This document shows positions 30,510-41,531 of a stretch of DNA of 50,014 bases, piece after piece. The DNA is taken from positions 1 through 50,014 of the forward strand of contig CAXHJY010000135.1 of assembly GCA_964016885.1 (NCBI GenBank), in the 5' to 3' direction. Positions within the stretch are counted from its first letter, which is position 1. Every line of letters starts with the position of its first letter. Both the position numbers and the translations under genes were made by a program. Origin of the DNA: Eledone cirrhosa. Lineage: Eukaryota. A model generated the notes under the pieces. It was not told the origin of the DNA and searched no databases. It worked only from the letters and a program-made list of their open reading frames with translations.

Positions 30510-30877
30510 AGATTTCTTTATTAGCCACAAGGGCGCAACAAGAAAGGGGACAATACAAAGACATGCCGGGGATTTTACATAGAGTCGCGTAAAAAATATA
30601 AAAACAAACAATTTCAACAATCGAAATCCCCAATAGGGGGGAGGCGCCACAAATGGGTTGTTTAATACCCCGTCGATAGAACAACCCTCAACTCGAGGAG
30701 CGTGTTGTGCAAGTGGTCCCTTCTTCCTTTTGCTCTCTTCCTCAACCTACAGGCTTATAAACAGAGAAGGCCCAATCACTCGGGCCATTTTCGCTTCATT
30801 CACCCACCTTTCAGTAAATTTACTGGGGTGCAGTGCCTCTCTCTCCACCCTTATTCTGCTTCTAAAGTGATACTTTA
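30510..30877 (-). mobile_element. Tx1-like element, 5'-truncated 3' end (copy 1)
   Basis: Encodes KYHFRSRIRVEREALHPSKFTERWVNEAKMARVIGPSLFISL plus 3'UTR; flanked by GATA repeats. Confidence 0.85.
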
Positions 30878-30878
30878 T

Positions 30879-30916
<38 letters not shown>

Positions 30917-30917
<1 letters not shown>

Positions 30918-31401
30918 TCTTTCTTTATTTGCCACAGGTGCGTACAAAAATGGGACATTACAAGACGTGACGGCGGGGGTTTCCATAAAATCTTTAACAA
31001 TGATAATGGATAACAATAAAATATATATAAAATAAAACAATCGAAATGCCCAATAGGGGAGAACGTTACTGCGGGGTTGTTTTACACCCCCATTGATAGA
31101 ACAACCCTCAACACCAGGAACACGTTTTGTAGGTGTTCCTGTCTACCCTCTGTTTGTCTTCCTCAACCTACAGGTTTATATACAGAGAAGGCCCATTAAC
31201 TCGGGCCATTTTCGCCACATTCACCCACCTTTCAGCGAATTTACTGGGGTGTAGCACCTCTCTATCCACTCTCACCTTCCTTCTGAAGTGGTACTTAAAG
31301 AAGGGGATAAATTGTTTGCCCTCAGTCCTTTTAACCTCGTCCACAATATTACCTCTTTCGCCATAACCACCACACAGAGGAAAACCGCCTATCCTTCATT
31401 C
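30917..31401 (-). mobile_element. Tx1-like element, 5'-truncated 3' end (copy 2)
   Basis: Homologous ORF2 C-terminus and 3'UTR between (GATA)n tracts. Confidence 0.85.
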
Positions 31402-31424
31402 TTAGATAGATAGATAGATAGATA

Positions 31425-33352
31425 ATTTTCTTTTTATTTGCCACCAGGGCATCAAAAAGTGGGACAAGTACAATGGGGGGAGTTTACATAACAAGGCGTC
31501 CTCAATAAGGAGGAGGCAATAACAAAATATAAATATAAAATAAAATATAACAAAATAAATTTTATAACAAAATCCTCAATAGGGATGAGGCGCCTTGGGG
31601 GGGCGCACACACCCCCGAAAAAAAGTGTGCAACCCTTCTCCTCAGGAGCACAGAGAGGGGTGCTCCCTTGATCTTTCATCTTCCTCACCTATAGTCTGAT
31701 GTAGAGTGAAGGCCCATTCACACGGGCCATTCTCGCCACTTTCACCCACCTTTCATAAAAACGACTGGGGTGCAGCACCTCTCTCTCCATCCTGATCCTT
31801 CTTCCGAAATGATATCGGAAGAAACGGACCAGTTGTTGGCCAGAGAGAAAGGTGTCTGACCTCAGTCCTTTCAGATGCGTCCACCATACAACCTCTTTCG
31901 CCATGGCTATTACGCACAGAAACACCGCCTCTCCTTCGTTTTTGAAGAGGGGAGGCGGCTTGATCGTTACAATAGACTCGGTGGTCAACCGGATCGGTCC
32001 CAACCTTGACAACAGTTGTTCGACATAGCCCCACAGATCGGCAATGCCCGAGCAGTGTACCAATGCGTGTGCAACGGTTTCCCCGTCGCACACGCATCTG
32101 GGACAGATCTTTTTCGAGGGGTCCCTACCCGGGCGCCCGTGTCTGTAGAGCCTTTCTCGAACGGGCAGAGCCCCTCGGTAGCACTGCCAGACCAGGAACT
32201 TCTGGAAGTTATCCATGGGTCCCGAGCTGAATGTCCTACCGAACAGGTTGGCCAGTTCGTCTTCCTCCATGCCTAGGGCTTCTCCGAGGGCGTCGTCGCA
32301 CCTGCTAACCACCAGCCCTCTATAGAATGACGAGGTGGATTCTCCACTGACAGCCGGGTCCGCCTGCCAGAGAGCCGTGAGCGCCTGGGCACACTCGGTG
32401 TGCCAGGCGCCCAGTTTTCTCGGTCTTTGCTTGACCCAGGATTGCAGCTCGGTGAGTGAGACGAGTCTGGGAAAGGCTCGCCTCACAAACGGGGCCCACA
32501 CCGGTTGACCGGTGAGGAATACCTGGAGGTGCAGTAGCCTTAATGCGTGTTTACGCATCATTAGCCACGGCATCCCCAGCCATCCTTTCGAAGGGTGTTG
32601 ACAGCAGATGGATCTCCTCACCATAGAAGCCCGCTTCTTCCAGAGGAATTGGAAGAGTGCGCGTTCCATTTTGGCGAGCGTTTCCCTTGGGCAAGGCACG
32701 ACGGTCAGGCGGTAGTAGATGACGGACGCTATATAAGTGTTCGCCACCTCCGCCCGACCTTTCAGGGACAGTTTGCACTCGGCCCACTTCTGGGTGAGTG
32801 CAAACACCCTGTTCATTACCTCACCCCAGTTCTTCTCCACCTGGAGGTCTGGTCCGAACCAGACCAACTTCACCGGGCCCTCCGTCCAGCGCCCGACGAC
32901 GCCATCGGAGGGCATCGATCTGCCCCTCCACGTGCCGAGTTGCAGACCGATCGACTTGTCCCGGTTCAGCTTAGCCCCTGTAAACCTTTCGTACTCCTCC
33001 AGTAAGGTGCCGATCGCCCCGATTTCCGAGGCCATCGACACCATCACTGTTATGTCGTCGGCGTAGGCCGACACCGCTTTCCGCAATCCCGGTTCCAACG
33101 GGATGCCCTGCAACAACTCCAACTTCCGCAGCAGTGGCTCTAGAGTCATTACATACAGAAGGGAGGAGAGAGGGCACCCTTGTCCGATGGACCGCGCGAT
33201 TTCGAACGGATCCGAGAGGTAGCCGTTCACCTTGACCCTAGAGCAGATGCGGCTGCTGTGCATGGCATTGATCCAGACCCTGAAAACGGGTCCGAAGCCT
33301 GCCGCCGCTAGCACCGCATCCAGGTAACCATGGTCAACCCTATCGAACGCCT
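31425..33352 (-). mobile_element. Tx1-like element, 5'-truncated 1.9-kb copy (copy 3)
   Basis: Begins within the RT at AFDRVDH; both ends abut (GATA)n. Confidence 0.9.
31689..33352 (-). pseudogene. Truncated ORF2 (RT C-terminal half plus zinc finger) of Tx1-like copy 3
   Basis: AFDRV, QGCPLS, YADD, CPRC..ETVAHALVHC; still open, with a 2-aa deletion relative to the full-length ORF2. Confidence 0.85.
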
Positions 33353-33608
33353 GATAGATAGATAGATAGATAGATAAATTTCTATTTATTTGCCACGAGG
33401 GCACAAAAGAAGGGGACATTTACACAGTGGGGGAGTTTACATAAATCGAGTAAAGAAAAAAGGAATAACAATAATAATATAACAATAAAAAGTCCTCAAA
33501 AGGGAGGGGGCGTGTTGGGGATTGCACATACCCCCGAAAAGTGTGCAACTCTTTTCGCGGGGGAAGCCCAGAGAGGAGGCGCTCCCCCTTTCCTCTTCAC
33601 TTCTTCAC

Positions 33609-36600
33609 CTACAGAACAATGTAGAGAGAAGGCCCATTTACACGGGCCATTCTCGCTTCTTTCACCCACCTTTCATAAAACTGTCTGGGACCAAGCACTT
33701 CTCTCTCCATCCTGATTCTTCTTCCGAAGTGGTATCGGAAGAAGTAAACCAGGTGATGGCCGGAGAGAAAGTCACCCGACCTCAGACCTTTCAGGCGCGT
33801 CCACCACACAACCTCTTTCATCATGGCTATTACGCACAGAAAGACCGCCTCTGCTTCATTTCTGAAGGGAGGAGGCGGCTTGATGTTCACCACAGACTCG
33901 GCGGTTAATCGAATCGGCGCCACACGCGACAGCAGTCGTTCGACGTAGCCCCACAGATCGGCAACGCCCGGGCAGTGTACCAGTGCATGCGCAACGGTTT
34001 CCTCGTCGCGCACGCATCTGGGACAGATCTTTTTCGCGGGATCCCTGCCCGGGCGCCCGTGTCTGTAGAGCTTTTCTCGAACGGGCAGAGCCCCCCGGTA
34101 ACACTGCCAGGCTAGGGACCTCTGGAAGTTGTCCATGGGTCCCGGGCCGAAAGTTCTACCGAACAGGCTGGCCAGTTCGTCCTCCTCCATGCCTAGCGAC
34201 TCTCCAAGGGTGTCGTCGCCCCTGCTAGCCACCAACCCTCTATAGAATGTCGAGGTGGATTCTCCACTGACAGTCGGGTCCGCTTGCCAGATAGCCGTGA
34301 GCGCCTGGGCACACTCAGTGTGCCAGTTGCCCAGTTTTCTCGGTCTTTGCTTCACCCAGGATTGCAGTTCGGTGAGCGAGACGAGCTGTGGGAAGGCTCG
34401 CCTCACAAACGGGGCCCACACCGGCTGACCGTTGAGGAATACCTGTAGATGCCGTAGCCTCAATGCGTGCCTACGCATCAACAGCCACGGCATACCCAGC
34501 CCTCCTTTCGAAGGGTGCTGGCAGCAGATGGATCTCCTCACCATGGGAGGCCGCTTCTTCCAGAGGAACTGGAAGAGCATGCGTTCCATGATGGTGAGCT
34601 TTTCCTTGGGGCAAGGCACGACGGTCAGGCGGTAGTAGATGACGGACGCTATGTAAGCGTTCGTCACCTCCGCCCGACCTTTCAGTGATAGTTTGCACTT
34701 GGCCCACTTCTGGGTCAGCGCAAACACCCTGCTCGTCACCTCGCCCCAATTCTTCTCCACCTGGAGGTCCGGTCCGAACCAGACCCCGAGCAGCTTCACC
34801 GGGCCCTCCGTCCACCGCCCGACGACACCGTCTAACGGCATCGGTTTGCCCCTCCACGTTCCGAGTTGCAAACCGACTGACTTGTCCTGGTTCAGCTTAG
34901 CCCCCGTCAGCCTTTCGTATTCCTCCAGTAGGGTGGCGATCGCCCCGATTTCCGAGGCGTCCGCCACCATTACTGTTACGTCGTCGGCATAGGCCGAGAC
35001 CGCTTTGTGCAATCCCGGTTCCAGGGGTATGCCCCGCAGCAACTCCAACTTCCGCAGCAGTGGCTCGAGAGTCAATACGTACAGAAGGGAGGAGAGGGGG
35101 CACCCCTGTCTGATGGATCGGGTGATTTGAAACGGCTCCGAGAGGTAGCCGTTTACTTTAATCCTAGAGTAGATGTTGCCACTGTGCATGGCAGAAATCC
35201 AGCCCCTGAAAACGGGTCCGAAGCCCGCCGCCGCTAGCACCGCATCCAGGTAACCATGGTCGACCCTATCGAACGCCTTAGATTGATCCAAGTTGATCAG
35301 GGCCCCACCAAAGCCGGGTTCGTAGCCAACCCTCTCTATGATGTATCGCATGAGGTGGAGGTTGTCGTGAATGGACCTGGACGGGATAGCGCATGTCTGC
35401 GCGTCTCCCACCAAACCACCCACCACAAGCGCCAACCTCTTCGTCAACACCTTGGCCAAAATCTGTAACTCTGCATTCAGCAGAGTTATGGGCCTAAAGT
35501 TACTTAAGTCGTCCCCCTTGCTCTCGTCCTTCCTCACTAGCGTGACCACGCCCTTGGTCACAGAACAGGGAATTCTCCCGTTCTGTTGCCAGTTGCAATA
35601 GACAGCCTCGAGGAGTTCGGAGAACAAGACCGGCATAGCTAAATAAAGTTCGTATGGTAGACCATCGAGACCCGGGGATTTGCGTCTGCTGCATTGGCTG
35701 AGCGCTTCCCCGATTTCAGTGGCTGTGATTGGCCCTTCGCAGCACTCCGCTTCGCCGCTCGAAAGACGCGGTAGACCGTCGAGGTATGGACCGAAGTCCA
35801 CATCCCCGTCCGGCCCCCCGCCACCTCCGAACAGTCGAGCAAAGTGCCTTTGAAAGGTCTCGCACATTCGCTCAGGTTCAAGGATCACCCGTCCATCCTG
35901 GTCTCGCAAAGACCGAATGGTGGATTTAATCCCACTCTTGGCTTCTGTCACGCGGGCCCAGCTAACAGCTTTGGTCCCCTCGTTTCCTAAAGCACGTATT
36001 TTACTTCGGACAACGCAGCCTTCGTGCTTCGCGTCAAAGAACTGGCTCAATGCCGTTCTCGTCGCTAACACTCTGGCTACGTCTCCGCTCCTAATCGCCT
36101 CTTCTAGTTTATCTGTTAACTCCCTTTCCCTCCTATTTCTATTCGCCGCTAGTTCCTTACTGTAACCTATCGAACTTACTCTAATCTCTCTCTTTAGAGA
36201 TATCCACCACCTACTGTTGACGATCGCTCCCGTCAACCGCATCTTAACTAAGCTACTAATCCGGTTTCTGTAATCTTTCTTTGTCGGTAAGGACAAGTTC
36301 ATCTTCCAGTAACCAGGACCCTGTCTATGCGTTCTATCAAGGTTGACCACGCAGGTCACTAATTTGTGATCTGAATAGCCAACCATGATCAGTTCTGGAC
36401 AACTAAATACGTCCCTATCCTTACTCCTAACCAAAAACCTATCTAGGTACGATCTAGATTGTCCACTGCGGTTTGCCCAGGTCCAGGTTGGCGCAGTTGG
36501 ACAATCTAGTCGAAATCTATCGACCAGGTCGAATCGATCGAGTAACCCCTTGAGGCTGCTACACCCCCCTCTATCGGGACATGCCCCTGCATAGTCCCAA

Positions 36601-37037
36601 CGCGCATCTAGGATTCCATTCCAGTCCCCCACTAAAAGCAGGGAACGCGACGTTCCTAGAAAAGTCTCCAGACGTTGGAAGAAGTCGGCTCTCTCCGCCC
36701 CGAAGGGAGCATAAAGACCGACCAGTCTGAAAGCCCCGCCTTCACCACCTCCGACGTCCAGCACCAGTAATCGACCCCCCGGGTCCGAGTGAACAATCTG
36801 TACGTCGAGAGTCAGACGTTTATCCAGCAGTACGGCAACTCCCCCCCCGCCTCCGGGTTGACAGAGAGATGCGTGCATCTCAAAGTCATCGAAGGCGGGC
36901 GCCAGCTGTCTCACGCTGCTGATCCGACTCTCGCAAACAACCATCACATCTATACTTTGTGACCTGAGGTCACTTAGAAGCTTTGCTTGCTTCCAAGCTG
37001 AGCTCAGGCCACGCGCGTTCAAACAGCCAACTCTCAA
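33609..37037 (-). CDS. ORF2p: APE endonuclease + reverse transcriptase + C-terminal zinc finger (Tx1-like)
   Basis: 1142-aa open frame. APE motifs CLNARGL, GDWN, SYLDRF, SDHK; KSPGLDGLPYE, FRPITLLN, KAFDRVDH, RQGCPLS, YADD; CPRC..HALVHC. Start codon is TTG. Confidence 0.93.
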   Translation of the reverse strand: MRVGCLNARGLSSAWKQAKLLSDLRSQSIDVMVVCESRISSVRQLAPAFDDFEMHASLCQPGGGGGVAVLLDKRLTLDVQIVHSDPGGRLLVLDVGGGEGGAFRLVGLYAPFGAERADFFQRLETFLGTSRSLLLVGDWNGILDARWDYAGACPDRGGCSSLKGLLDRFDLVDRFRLDCPTAPTWTWANRSGQSRSYLDRFLVRSKDRDVFSCPELIMVGYSDHKLVTCVVNLDRTHRQGPGYWKMNLSLPTKKDYRNRISSLVKMRLTGAIVNSRWWISLKREIRVSSIGYSKELAANRNRRERELTDKLEEAIRSGDVARVLATRTALSQFFDAKHEGCVVRSKIRALGNEGTKAVSWARVTEAKSGIKSTIRSLRDQDGRVILEPERMCETFQRHFARLFGGGGGPDGDVDFGPYLDGLPRLSSGEAECCEGPITATEIGEALSQCSRRKSPGLDGLPYELYLAMPVLFSELLEAVYCNWQQNGRIPCSVTKGVVTLVRKDESKGDDLSNFRPITLLNAELQILAKVLTKRLALVVGGLVGDAQTCAIPSRSIHDNLHLMRYIIERVGYEPGFGGALINLDQSKAFDRVDHGYLDAVLAAAGFGPVFRGWISAMHSGNIYSRIKVNGYLSEPFQITRSIRQGCPLSSLLYVLTLEPLLRKLELLRGIPLEPGLHKAVSAYADDVTVMVADASEIGAIATLLEEYERLTGAKLNQDKSVGLQLGTWRGKPMPLDGVVGRWTEGPVKLLGVWFGPDLQVEKNWGEVTSRVFALTQKWAKCKLSLKGRAEVTNAYIASVIYYRLTVVPCPKEKLTIMERMLFQFLWKKRPPMVRRSICCQHPSKGGLGMPWLLMRRHALRLRHLQVFLNGQPVWAPFVRRAFPQLVSLTELQSWVKQRPRKLGNWHTECAQALTAIWQADPTVSGESTSTFYRGLVASRGDDTLGESLGMEEDELASLFGRTFGPGPMDNFQRSLAWQCYRGALPVREKLYRHGRPGRDPAKKICPRCVRDEETVAHALVHCPGVADLWGYVERLLSRVAPIRLTAESVVNIKPPPPFRNEAEAVFLCVIAMMKEVVWWTRLKGLRSGDFLSGHHLVYFFRYHFGRRIRMEREVLGPRQFYERWVKEARMARVNGPSLYIVL

Positions 37038-37042
37038 TTGAT

Positions 37043-38878
37043 CTATTTTGGTGTTGAAAGTGAAGAAAGAAAAGCACTTACCTCTCCGGGTGGCGTAATT
37101 TCCATGGCATCAGGTGTGTTGGGTGGAGGGATGTTTTGTGGTGGTGTGGGGGTACACGTGTGTGGTGGGGTTGGGGTATTTGGAGTTGTGTCAGGGAGAG
37201 GGGCGGTTATGGGGAAATCTTTCAAGAGGACGCGATTCAACGGTTTTAAACAGGGGGGGCTCACGTCCCGTCTAAATTGTTCTTTTAAGGAACGATAAAG
37301 GTCCAGAGGGACCTTTATCATTTTTAAATGGGTGAAGTTCTCTGTTGAGATAAAGTTTGGCCCTTCGGTCTGCACCATAGGGTTATTGTTTATTAATTTA
37401 ACCAGTTTTTTGTTTTCTTTATTTATATATGTGTATTGCAACGTCTTTTTTTGTGATGCTGTCAATGTTTCGGAGAGGGGAGGCGCAGATTTATTTTTGT
37501 TTGTTGAGGGTGGGGTGTTTTTGATTGGAGTTGGTGTTTGTGTGTGGGTTATTTGTGGTGTGCTGGGTGTGTGTTTTCTTTTTTTTCTTTTAACTTGTCT
37601 GAAGGCTTCTCCTCCTTCTTCTTCAGAAGTTGGGGGAAACTCTTCAGCGCTAGGTGGGAGGGACGTGTTGTGTGGTTGTTTTTTTTTTGCGGGAGGGGTA
37701 GATTTGTTACTGTTTTTTTTATTATTTGTTTGGAATGGGTTTTGTGGTGGTGGTGGTGGTAATGTTTGTGTCGTGCTTGTGGTTGGTAATGGTGGTGGTG
37801 ATGTTTGTGTTGTGGTTGGTGGTGGTGATTTTTGTGTCGTGCTTGTGTTTGGTGTTGGTGGTGGTGATGTTTGTGTTGTGTTTGTGGTTGGTGGTGTCTG
37901 TATTTTGTTTGCTGTGTGTGGTATTAGTGTATTTTTGGAGGTGGGTGGTGCTGGTGTACTGTTTGTGGTGGGTGTGGGCAATAGTCCTTTTTGGGGGATA
38001 CGTTTCGGGCAGTTAGCCTTAACGTGTCCCCTTTCCATGCATAAATAGCATGCTGGTCTTCTCCCCTCTACAATTATGTCTATTGGGGTAAGGTCATCCA
38101 GCCAGATGCGATCCGGGATTTGTGCTATTCTTTCGGGCCTCATTTGGACTAGTATGTCGAGGCCCATTCCCAGGAACGCATCTCCAGTTGCCTTCCCCAT
38201 TGACAGCATAGTGTCTTCGCCCATATCAATGAAGCCAGCAATAGCCCACCAGAAGTCCATTGTGGGCAGCATTGTTTTTACTTTTATTCTCTGAGTTCTT
38301 CTACCCATGTAGGAGGGATAGAAGCTATATGTTGTCGACGAGAGTGGGCTTAGGGAAAGCTGAACCGCCGTTTCTTTGTCTCTTGTTAGGACCGAAATGC
38401 TGCCATAGAGTCGGTCCTTTCGTATGAAGAGAATATTCTTCATATAGTCTTTTAGGACTAACTCTATTTCCATTTGGCTGGGCTGTGCTGGCTTTCTTGA
38501 CTGGTTTAGTATAGTTCTGTATATAACTGTGTTTTCTGCTCTGGCTTTCTTGAATTCTGGGGGGGAGTTAATGGAAAACATTCCGTTTTCCCCCAAAACA
38601 ATATGTTTCTTTGCTTCGGCCAGTTTTTCTCTGGCGGCAGTTAGGTCAATTGGTGTGTATGTAATGGATTGCTTTGTTTTCTGGGCGAAAGTTGCCCTGT
38701 CGTTATTTGTATTATTTTCTGTTTGTTTGTTTTCTGTTTGCTCATTTTCCTTAACATTTGTTTTTTCATTTTGTTTGTTTGTTTCAATGTCTAATTTTGT
38801 TGTAATTATTTTTTGTTCTTCAGACTTGGGGGGCGTGGCAGAGCTAATGGCAGACATGTCTGCCATCTTTTCCGCCAT
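37043..38878 (-). CDS. ORF1p: gag-like nucleic-acid-binding protein with CCHC zinc knuckle and Pro/Thr-rich tail
   Basis: Open frame directly upstream of ORF2; CYLCMERGHVKANC (CX2CX4HX4C); basic KRKKRK patch; first ATG at 38878. Confidence 0.88.
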   Translation of the reverse strand: MAEKMADMSAISSATPPKSEEQKIITTKLDIETNKQNEKTNVKENEQTENKQTENNTNNDRATFAQKTKQSITYTPIDLTAAREKLAEAKKHIVLGENGMFSINSPPEFKKARAENTVIYRTILNQSRKPAQPSQMEIELVLKDYMKNILFIRKDRLYGSISVLTRDKETAVQLSLSPLSSTTYSFYPSYMGRRTQRIKVKTMLPTMDFWWAIAGFIDMGEDTMLSMGKATGDAFLGMGLDILVQMRPERIAQIPDRIWLDDLTPIDIIVEGRRPACYLCMERGHVKANCPKRIPQKGLLPTPTTNSTPAPPTSKNTLIPHTANKIQTPPTTNTTQTSPPPTPNTSTTQKSPPPTTTQTSPPPLPTTSTTQTLPPPPPQNPFQTNNKKNSNKSTPPAKKKQPHNTSLPPSAEEFPPTSEEEGGEAFRQVKRKKRKHTPSTPQITHTQTPTPIKNTPPSTNKNKSAPPLSETLTASQKKTLQYTYINKENKKLVKLINNNPMVQTEGPNFISTENFTHLKMIKVPLDLYRSLKEQFRRDVSPPCLKPLNRVLLKDFPITAPLPDTTPNTPTPPHTCTPTPPQNIPPPNTPDAMEITPPGEVSAFLSSLSTPK

Positions 38879-39075
38879 GCTGCCAAGAAAGAAATTTTTC
38901 GGCAAAAATAGATATTTATTTTACCCCCTAAAAAGGGGGTAAATGCAAAAATGTTTCCCTAAATAACAGGGGTTAGTGTTCCAAATGTGTTGCACTAAAA
39001 AATTTATCCGGTACTTACAATAGTAAGGGTAAATCCCGATGGAATAGCGGAGCCGATGCGAAGCGTGTCTTACTC

Positions 39076-39458
<383 letters not shown>

Positions 39459-40272
39459 TAGTAAGGTAGATAACCTTTGTTAATGCATATACACATTAAA
39501 AAGCCATTTAGAAATAAATACATGAAACAGAAATACAGATAATAAGTTAGACAGGTACACAGGTAAGCTAATGGTAACAACGCATTTGAGTAGTAAACTG
39601 TTTACTACATGTATATATATATATAAAGTTTATATATGTATGTATATATGTATGTATATATAAAGTTTAAACCAGACAAACATTGGTGAACAGATGCGTG
39701 AGTGCGTGTGAGTATGTGCGTAGTATGTGTTTTGTGTGTGTGCGCTTGTGTGTGTGTTAGTGTGTGAATGGTGGGTTGTTTTACGTGTGTGAGTGGTTGG
39801 GAGTTCTGTGTGTGTGTGTGTGTTTGTATGTGTGTGTGTGGTGAAATACAGAGCAGATATCTAGTTAAGGAGAGTGCAAGATAGGTAATTTATTGTTCAG
39901 AACATCCATTATGCAGGAAAGCATTAAAAAGTGATGTGGAAACATAAATATATGGTGAACTACAGAGATAGTTAGCTAGTCTGACATATTGGTTAATATA
40001 TTGTTAGCATACTTAATGTAGGGAAGCATTAAAAAGCTATCTAGTCATATGTGTAGTGAAACAAATAGATTGATCTTCAAGTAGATATATAGTGAGGTAA
40101 TACTAACATTATATTTAATACACCTAAGAATTAAATCTGATGTAGAAATATATGTTGAAACGAAGAGATTGATACGTAGACAGGTAGATAGATAAGTTAA
40201 TATTACCAAATTTAATACAGGTGAGAATTAAAAGAAATGTAGAAATATATGTGATGAAATAATAAATAGATA

Positions 40273-40657
40273 TATTTCTTTATTAGCCACAGGGGCACAA
40301 AAGAAGGGGACAAATACAAAGGGGGAAGTTTACATACAATAAAAACGTAAAATGTTATCACAGATGGAATTTAAAAGTTAGTCGATTTTCCCCAATAGAG
40401 GGAGACAGTTTATATGGGTAACACATACCCCCGAAAAAAAATGTGCAACCCTCATCTCCAGGAGTACGAAGAGCTTGTACTCCTTTCCTCTCCTCCTCCT
40501 TTTCCTACAGGCTGATATAGAGAGAAGGCCCATTCACTCGGGCCATTCTCGCCACTTTCACCCACCTTTCATAAAACTTGCTGGGGTACAGCACCTCTCT
40601 CTCCATCCTGATTCTTCTTCCAAAGTGGTATTTGAAAAAGAATCAGTTGTTGGCCGG
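40273..40657 (-). mobile_element. Tx1-like 5'-truncated copy 6 with 63-bp flanking duplication
   Basis: ORF2 C-terminus plus 3'UTR; 40210-40272 is identical to 40658-40720. Confidence 0.87.
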
Positions 40658-40923
40658 ATTTAATACAGGTGAGAATTAAAAGAAATGTAGAAATATATGT
40701 GATGAAATAATAAATAGATAGTTAGAAAGACAGGTAGATATGTAAGATGATGTTAACAGCATATGTAATACAGGTGAGAATTAAATGCTCTGAAGAAAAA
40801 TATGTGTTGAAATAGATAGGTAGATAGTAAGACAGGTGCATAAGTTACTAGTAATGTACATTATTCAGGTGAGAAGGAAACGCAATGTAGAAATGTAAGC
40901 ATAGTGAAACAAATAGATAGATA

Positions 40924-41531
40924 TATTTCTTTATTTACCATAAAGGCATAAAAAGAAGGGACAAATACAAAGGGGGGAGTTTACATACAATCGAGTAAAA
41001 AGGGTATAACATGAAAATAATCGAAAATAACCTCAAAAGGGAGGGGACGTGATAGGGGTTGCACACACCCCCGAAAAAGTGTGCAATCCTTTGCCCGGGG
41101 TGCACATGGAGAAGGTGCTCCCCTCTCCTTTACTTCTTTACCTACAGGATGGTATACAGAGAAGGCCCATTTACACGAGCCATTCTCGCCACTATCACCC
41201 ACCTTTCATAAAACTGCCTGTGGCCAAGCACCTCTCTCTCCATTCTTATCCTTCTTCCGAAGTGATATCGGAAGAAGTAGACCAGACTATGGCCAGAGAG
41301 GAAGTTGCCTGACCTCAGACCTTTCAATCGTGTCCACCAAACAACCTCTTTCAACATGGCTATTACGCACAGAAAAACCGCCTTTGCTTCCTTTGTGAAG
41401 AGGGGAGGCGGTTTGATTGTCATCACGGACTCGGCGGTCAATTGAATCGGCGCCACCCGCGACAGCAGTCGTTCGGCGTAGCCCCACAGATCAGCCACGC
41501 CCGGACATTGCACCAATGCGTGCGCAACGGT
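40924..41531 (-). mobile_element. Tx1-like 5'-truncated copy 7 with 20-bp TSD
   Basis: Encodes TVAHALVQC...GPSLYTIL; GTGAAACAAATAGATAGATA at 40904-40923 and 41532-41551. Confidence 0.9.

Larger units (their letters stand above)
33376..39075 (-). mobile_element. Apparently full-length Tx1/L1-clade non-LTR retrotransposon (~5.7 kb) inserted in (GATA)n
   Basis: 5'UTR, ORF1, ORF2, and a 3'UTR ending AATAAATAGAAATT directly into (TATC)n; (GATA)n on both sides. Confidence 0.93.

Noticed and set aside
31689-33419. 576-aa ORF as a standalone gene
   Set aside because: Its first ~22 aa are read-through from the upstream element's 3'UTR and (TATC)n (LSIYLSIY); the rest is a 5'-truncated ORF2
37043-37081. 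39-nt GTAAGT...TAG mini-intron removing the ORF1 stop
   Set aside because: Splicing would leave the ORF1 frame ending ATC AAT TGA and would not fuse it to ORF2; it is also very short for an intron
37332-38048. 238-aa hydrophobic plus-strand ORF
   Set aside because: Antisense shadow of the C/A-rich Pro/Thr region of ORF1
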